Position numbers and translations under genes: made by a program. The notes beneath the pieces were generated by a model. The model made no database searches, had not been told where the DNA came from, and worked only from the letters and a program-made list of their open reading frames with translations. This document shows, in pieces, positions 58,698 to 64,000 of a DNA stretch of 64,000 nucleotides; within the stretch, counting starts at the first letter, position 1, and each line of letters opens with the position of its first letter. Source of the stretch: Bacteroidota bacterium (GTDB taxonomy: Bacteria; Bacteroidota; Ignavibacteria; 0-14-0-80-59-12); assembly GCA_049973045.1 (NCBI GenBank), contig JBMFJZ010000003.1, positions 142,319 through 206,318 on the forward strand. The letters are read 5' to 3'.

Positions 58698-59492
58698 CAG
58701 CTGGAGGGAACTGAGCGGCTATTTAAATTTGCTGCTTCAGAGGTAAGAATTGCGAAGGATTTTGAGGATCAAGTTTTGCAAATGCAGTTAGTACAAGCCA
58801 AGGCAGTAAAGACAGGTATGTTGCACTGGAGAGCAAGAAAATGGAGAACATCGGGGGCGCTATTCTGGCAACTGAACGACTGTTGGCCTGCCTCCAGCTG
58901 GTCCGCCATCGACTATGCGAAACGACCTAAGGCTTTGTACTATTGGTCGAAACATTTCAATAAACCAACGAAAGTGGTCTTTAAGAAAAGGAACGACTGT
59001 GTCATCCCGATTATCGTAAATGATTCATTGACTCCGTTCAGGGGGAAAATCATTATTGTCAAGCAAAAAGTTGATGGGGGAAAATTGTTTGAAATTTCCG
59101 CTAATATTAGTATTGAAAAAAATTCAATCTTGAGAGTCAATAAACTCCCTGTAGAGATTACGGCTGACGAAACAACTTTTCTTTACGCAAGGCTAATTGA
59201 CATAGCCTCTGACGCTGCTGTTGACGAAGAAGACTTCATAGCAGTACCTTGGCTTGATTTTAAGAGGCCGGACATAAAATACGTTATAACGGAGCCCAGC
59301 CCAACCGAAAAGCTGGTGACTTTTGTCAGCAATGTCTTCATTCAGGGCGTTTACCTTGACCTTGGTGAAAAAGTTGGGGAAGTGTCGGACAACTTCTTTA
59401 CGTTATATCCAAATGTGGAAAAGCAGGTGCTTGTGAAGTCTTATCTGATAAAAGACAATCTTCAAATTCGCACCCCATTAGTACAAGAATGA
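58698..59492 (+). pseudogene. C-terminal fragment of a GH2 beta-mannosidase (about the last 260 aa); the upstream part is absent
   Basis: ALFWQLNDCWPASSWSAIDYAKRPKALYY is the conserved GH2 beta-mannosidase segment; the frame opens right after a TAG at 58695-58697. Confidence 0.6.
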
Positions 59493-59709
59493 GATGCAGT
59501 GTCCGCGTCAATACAATTCCGGTCAGCCCTTTGCCTCGTTGATAGACAAAGATAGACCACGTTGTAAAGCAAGAGTTCAGTTTCTGCTAATACAAATCCT
59601 GCGTTCCGGTTAGAAACAGAGACAAATTCCCCTCGCTTCTTCTCAAGAGAAAATCCGTGCCAAGCAAAAAGCTCAGAATAGTGCTCACCGAGATCAGCAA
59701 TTAATCATA

Positions 59710-60465
59710 TCACTTGTTCCCAACAAGGGATTGCGCAGCAACAGACTCAGCCGCCTTTTTCACCTCTTCTTCGCTGCCAAGATAATAGTGCGAAATCGCT
59801 TTCAAGTCACCATCCAGCTCATACACTAAAGGAAAACCAGTTGGGATATTTAACTCGACTATCTCCTCATCCGAAACATTGTCGAGATACTTCACAAGTG
59901 CTCGCAGACTGTTCCCGTGTGCGGAAATAAGCACCCTTTGCCCGCTCTTTAAGACCGGAACAATGACCTCGTGCCAGTAAGGGAGAACTCGCTCAAGGGT
60001 GTCTTTCAGTGATTCAGTGGCTGGTAGTTCTTCCGGTTTCAACATTGCATATCGGCGGTCAAAGCGCGGGTGACGCTTGTCATCGAAGTCCAGAGCAGGA
60101 GGACGCACGGCGTAGCCGCGTCGCCATTGCTGAACCTGTACCGGCCCATATCGCTCAGCCGTTTCTTTCTTATTTAAACCTTGAAGCGCACCGTAGTGCC
60201 GCTCGTTTAACCGCCACGTACGATAGACCGGAATCCACATCAAATCCATATCATCAAGCACGATCCACAGCGTTCTGATTGCACGCTTCAAAACAGATGT
60301 GTATGCAACATCAAATGTAAAACCACCATCTTTAAGAAGAACCGCCGCGCGATGAGCCTCCTCTACACCTCGCTCGGAGAGATCTACATCTGTCCAGCCA
60401 GTGAACCTGTTTTCCAGGTTCCAGATGCTCTCCCCATGACGTAGCAGAACTAAATTAATTGCCAT
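59710..60465 (-). CDS. gpmA: 2,3-bisphosphoglycerate-dependent phosphoglycerate mutase
   Basis: [29 protein letters not shown] with catalytic His; the start was chosen at MAINLVLL. Confidence 0.85.
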   Translation of the reverse strand: MAINLVLLRHGESIWNLENRFTGWTDVDLSERGVEEAHRAAVLLKDGGFTFDVAYTSVLKRAIRTLWIVLDDMDLMWIPVYRTWRLNERHYGALQGLNKKETAERYGPVQVQQWRRGYAVRPPALDFDDKRHPRFDRRYAMLKPEELPATESLKDTLERVLPYWHEVIVPVLKSGQRVLISAHGNSLRALVKYLDNVSDEEIVELNIPTGFPLVYELDGDLKAISHYYLGSEEEVKKAAESVAAQSLVGNK

Positions 60466-60779
60466 TTGCATTCTCCTGTGTGTACTCACATGAGTAGATT
60501 GCTCAATTTACTAATTCCCTGTAGCTGACCAAAGCTGAGGGGCAATTTCAGGTACTAAAATAAAAAAAAACGTTATGAATTACCAATGAACTCAACACCC
60601 GGCCCTGAAAGTGCACTTTGAACAATTTAATAGAATGACGGGGGCAAGTCATATTGGTCAAGCTGTTACATTGTTTGCCTGAGTCGCATTGTTTTTGTAT
60701 ATTAAATATTCAAGCTGCTCGCTGTTTTTGAAGTGTCTATGCTCAAAATCACATTATAAGGATATGCCATCCTTCGATT

Positions 60780-61718
60780 ATGAATGGTTTGAAAGTCTTT
60801 TCGGGCAGGGCGAATACTGAACTATCAAAGAAAATCGCTAAAGCGATCAGGCAAGAGCTCGGTCAGGTTGAGATTAGAAATTTTAGCGATGGTGAGATTT
60901 GGGCGAAATATGGCGAGAACATCCGGGGAAGAGATGTATTTATAATTCAGCCCACATCTCCACCAGCTGAGAATTTGCTTGAACTTCTCATCTTGATTGA
61001 TGCGGCAAAACGAGCCTCGGCAAGTCGGGTCACAGCCGTTATACCATATTTTGGATACGCAAGGCAAGACAGGAAAGACCAGCCACGGGTTTCTATTACA
61101 GCAAAGCTCGTAGCGAATCTTCTCACAACAGCAGGAGCTGATCGAATCATCACCATGGATTTGCATGCGGCACAGATTCAAGGTTTCTTTGATATCCCGC
61201 TCGATCATTTGTATTCAGCTCCAATCATTGTGAAATACTTTAAGCGTCAGCGTATTCCAAATCTTACAGTGGTAGCTCCTGATGTTGGTGGTGCACGCAT
61301 GGCACGTGCTTATGCCAAGCGTCTTGGTGCCGACTTGATCCTCATCGATAAGCGGCGCCCCGGACCAAACTTAGCCGAGATCATGAATGTAGTCGGCAAT
61401 GCAAAGGACCGCAATATTCTCATCGTCGATGATCTAATTGATACAGCAAGGACATTTGCCAATGCAGTTGAAGCTCTGAAGAACGCTGGAGCTCTGGATA
61501 TCTATGGTGCCTGCACACATGCGATTCTTTCAGACAATGCTGTTGAACGAATTGAAAATTCTGCTGTGAAAAAGCTTATCGTGACTGACTCGGTCGCGCA
61601 GGGTCAAACATCAGAAAAGATTGTAGTGCTTTCGGTGGCTGAACTTTTCGCTGAGGCAATCTTACGAACACATAAGAATCAATCGATCAGCTCCTTGTTC
61701 GATATCGACAAAAATTAA
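60780..61718 (+). CDS. prs: Ribose-phosphate pyrophosphokinase
   Basis: PRPP-binding loop VDDLIDTARTF and N-terminal KVFSGRANTELSKKIA. Confidence 0.9.
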   Translation: MNGLKVFSGRANTELSKKIAKAIRQELGQVEIRNFSDGEIWAKYGENIRGRDVFIIQPTSPPAENLLELLILIDAAKRASASRVTAVIPYFGYARQDRKDQPRVSITAKLVANLLTTAGADRIITMDLHAAQIQGFFDIPLDHLYSAPIIVKYFKRQRIPNLTVVAPDVGGARMARAYAKRLGADLILIDKRRPGPNLAEIMNVVGNAKDRNILIVDDLIDTARTFANAVEALKNAGALDIYGACTHAILSDNAVERIENSAVKKLIVTDSVAQGQTSEKIVVLSVAELFAEAILRTHKNQSISSLFDIDKN

Positions 61719-61731
61719 GGGGAAGTTAAGA

Positions 61732-62394
61732 ATGGCAGAAATTGTTCTTCAAGCAGAAATTCGACATGAGATAGGAAAACATGCAAAGCGTGTTCGCCGC
61801 GCCGGGAAAGTCCCCGGAATCTTTTACGCGCACGGTCAAACTCCAATCCCACTCACCGTGGATGAGCGGTATCTTCGCCCATTGATCTATACATCGGAGA
61901 CTCACATTGTAGACCTTCGCATTCCCGGAGATACTGGAACACATAGCTGCATACTCAAAGATGTGCAGTTCGACCCTGTTACAGAAAAAGTAATCCATTT
62001 CGACCTTCTTGGGCTGAAGGCGGATGAGGAGATCACGGTTGAGGTTCCTGTTCGTCTTGTCGGTACACCGAACGGAGTAAAAGCGGGAGGCATACTTCAA
62101 CATTCGCTTCACCGTGTTCCGATCTCTTGTTTACCAAAAAATATTCCTCAGCACATTGAGGTCAACGTCGAACAGATGGAGATCGGCGACTCAATTCACG
62201 CCGGTAATTTACCAAAGGGGGAGTATCGGATACTTCTGAGCGAGGATGCAACAATTGCTGCTATTGTTCCGCCGGCTATAATGAAAGAAGCTGCACCTGA
62301 AGCTGCGGAAGCGCCAGCCGAAGAGGAAGTGAAGGAACCTGAAGTTATTGGCAAAGGAAAGAAAGAAGAAGAGGAAGAGGGGTCGAAGGAATAA
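61732..62394 (+). CDS. rplY: 50S ribosomal protein L25 / general stress protein Ctc
   Basis: Typical L25 N-domain and an acidic/Lys-rich C-terminal tail. Confidence 0.85.
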   Translation: MAEIVLQAEIRHEIGKHAKRVRRAGKVPGIFYAHGQTPIPLTVDERYLRPLIYTSETHIVDLRIPGDTGTHSCILKDVQFDPVTEKVIHFDLLGLKADEEITVEVPVRLVGTPNGVKAGGILQHSLHRVPISCLPKNIPQHIEVNVEQMEIGDSIHAGNLPKGEYRILLSEDATIAAIVPPAIMKEAAPEAAEAPAEEEVKEPEVIGKGKKEEEEEGSKE

Positions 62395-62433
62395 TTACAA
62401 ATCTAATCCGCAGAAGGTGGACTCTGAAACACA

Positions 62434-63003
62434 GTGTACTGCATGGTTGGTTTGGGAAATCCTGAGCGGGCATACGAAAGAACGAGGCACAATGTAGGAT
62501 TTATGGTTGCTGACGAGATTGCAACGCGTCTTGACGTTCGGTTCCGGGAGGGTACCGGAGAATACCTCATTGCAGAAAAGACGTATGGTGGCGACCGGGT
62601 CGTCCTCATCAAGCCAACAACCTACATGAATAACAGTGGTTTTGCGGTCAGGGATGTGGTGGATAAGCTCAATGTAGATTTAAGTTCACTTCTTGTGATC
62701 TGTGACGATTTCAATTTGCCTATTGGCACGATTCGCATCCGCCTGCAAGGGAGCGATGGAGGGCACCACGGATTGGCATCGATCATTGAGCATCTTGAAA
62801 GCATCGCCTTCCCTCGCCTGCGATGTGGCATTCAGAGCAAATATATGCCACAAGACCGTGCTAAACTGGCTGATTTCGTCCTCGACGTGTTTGCAGAGGA
62901 CGAGCAACCCATTGTCAAAATGATGATCCAACGGGCAGCCGATGCTTGCCTGCAAATTCCCTTGAAAGGAATTCATCGCGTGATGAACGAGTTTAATCAA
63001 TAA
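62434..63003 (+). CDS. pth: Peptidyl-tRNA hydrolase
   Basis: VGLGNPERAYERTRHNVGFM and HHGL catalytic-region motifs. Confidence 0.9.
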   Translation: MYCMVGLGNPERAYERTRHNVGFMVADEIATRLDVRFREGTGEYLIAEKTYGGDRVVLIKPTTYMNNSGFAVRDVVDKLNVDLSSLLVICDDFNLPIGTIRIRLQGSDGGHHGLASIIEHLESIAFPRLRCGIQSKYMPQDRAKLADFVLDVFAEDEQPIVKMMIQRAADACLQIPLKGIHRVMNEFNQ

Positions 63004-63090
63004 ATCCACGAATCCCTGCTCCTCAACCCGCTACAAAGTGGCGGGATGACTTGGAGCCGTATCACAACGTCCGAAGGGAGGTGAATCAAT

Positions 63091-63528
63091 CTGACAGCAC
63101 CAAAACGAATCTACGAAACAACGTTCATCATCAACTCTTCTCTTGAAGATCCTCAAATCGAGTCTCTGATTACGAAGGTGCAGGATTTCCTCGTGAAGTC
63201 AGGGGCAGAAGAATTGAAAGTGAATCATTGGGGGAGAAAACGCTTCGCCTATCCTATTGAGGCGCGGAACAACGGATATTACGTCTCCATCGAATTCACA
63301 GGAGCTGGAGAAATAGTCCAAAAACTTGAGCGCATGTATCAGCTTGAAGAAAACATTCTCCGCTACTTGACAATCCGCCTCGAGAGCAAAGCTTTGAAGG
63401 CTCGTGAGAAAAGTGCTGAACGCGAGCGCCAAGCTGCGCAGGCTCTGTTGGAAGAGGCAGAAGAGGAACTCAGTTTCCTCGATGAGGATACCGAAGTCTC
63501 TCCAGAAGAAGATGAGACAGCAGTTTGA
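63091..63528 (+). CDS. rpsF: 30S ribosomal protein S6; no canonical start codon, CTG 63091 proposed 9 nt after a GGGAGG Shine-Dalgarno site
   Basis: The conserved S6 N-terminus APKRIYETTFIINSS is encoded upstream of the ORF-track GTG (63178); the frame opens after TGA 63082-84 and has no ATG/GTG/TTG before 63178. Confidence 0.75.
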   Translation: MTAPKRIYETTFIINSSLEDPQIESLITKVQDFLVKSGAEELKVNHWGRKRFAYPIEARNNGYYVSIEFTGAGEIVQKLERMYQLEENILRYLTIRLESKALKAREKSAERERQAAQALLEEAEEELSFLDEDTEVSPEEDETAV

Positions 63529-63553
63529 GATTTTCCTCAGCAAAGAATCTGTA

Positions 63554-64000
63554 GGGGCATCTGATGGCAGACCTTAGGATACCAGAATTGAACAACGTGA
63601 TCATTGCTGGCAACTTGACGAAGGATCCTGTGTTCCGCCAGACTACCAATGGAACTCCGGTAGCAAATTTCTTCATCGCCGCAAATCGGAGATACCGCGA
63701 TGCCAACAACCGCTGGCAAGAAGAGGTTTGCTACGTTGGAGTTGTGGCATGGAACAAACTTGCGGAGAGTTGCCGCGACCATCTTAAGAAAGGGAGCGCT
63801 GTCTTGATTGATGGCGAACTCCAGAGCAGAACACTGAAAGGAGACGATGGTTCATCTCGGAGCATAGTCGAAATTAAGGCGCGTCGTATTCAGTTCCTAA
63901 ATAGACGCAGCAATAGCGCTACAGTTCAACCTACAGTCTCCAACGAGCCCATGGCTGATACCGAGGTCAACCACCAGGAACGAATTGAGGAGGAGCCGTC
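63554..64000 (+). CDS. ssb: Single-stranded DNA-binding protein (partial; runs off the window end)
   Basis: OB-fold N-terminus MADLRIPELNNVIIAGNLTKDPVFRQTTNGTPVANFFIA; position between rpsF and the expected rpsR. Confidence 0.8.

Noticed and set aside
1-64000. CRISPR arrays, rRNA genes, intact IS elements or integrases
   Set aside because: No regularly spaced direct repeats, no rRNA-like conserved blocks and no recognisable DDE or tyrosine-recombinase motifs were found anywhere in the window.

Overview
This is a 64 kb chromosomal window from a Gram-negative bacterium of the FCB group, probably Bacteroidota- or Ignavibacteriota-like. Two large secreted proteins end in type IX secretion C-terminal sorting domains, a TonB/ECF cell-surface signalling system is present, and Shine-Dalgarno sites are visible before several genes. 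GC is mid-range by eye (not computed). Most genes are housekeeping and lie on the minus strand: metG, ricT-like PSP1, holB, a BamA/TamA-like protein, mutL, ftsY, purF, ispF, lnt, ltaE, gpmA, prs, rplY, pth, rpsF and a partial ssb. Three tRNAs are present: Leu-GAG, Lys-TTT and Ala-CGC. The segment most worth a closer look is one minus-strand operon at 14112 down to 898. It encodes an ECF sigma factor, a FecR anti-sigma factor, a TonB-dependent transducer with an STN domain, a lamin-tail-domain lipoprotein, a beta-barrel outer-membrane protein, a BNR beta-propeller with a T9SS tail, a tandem M16 peptidase and a secreted helical protein, and it ends at tRNA-Leu. A large hybrid sensor kinase with a beta-propeller sensor sits immediately upstream. 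An AT-rich islet at 29.8-31.1 kb carries an intact MNT-HEPN toxin-antitoxin pair plus a decayed upstream MntA-HepT pair broken by a 16-bp tandem duplication. A compositionally foreign AT-rich block at about 55.45-58.7 kb encodes a T9SS-secreted clan-GH-A glycoside hydrolase fused in frame to the stump of a LacI-family HTH; a GH2 beta-mannosidase C-terminal fragment follows at 58.7-59.5 kb. The glutamate dehydrogenase gene is interrupted by an in-frame TAG at codon 19. rpsF has no canonical start codon. No CRISPR array, rRNA or intact transposase was found.
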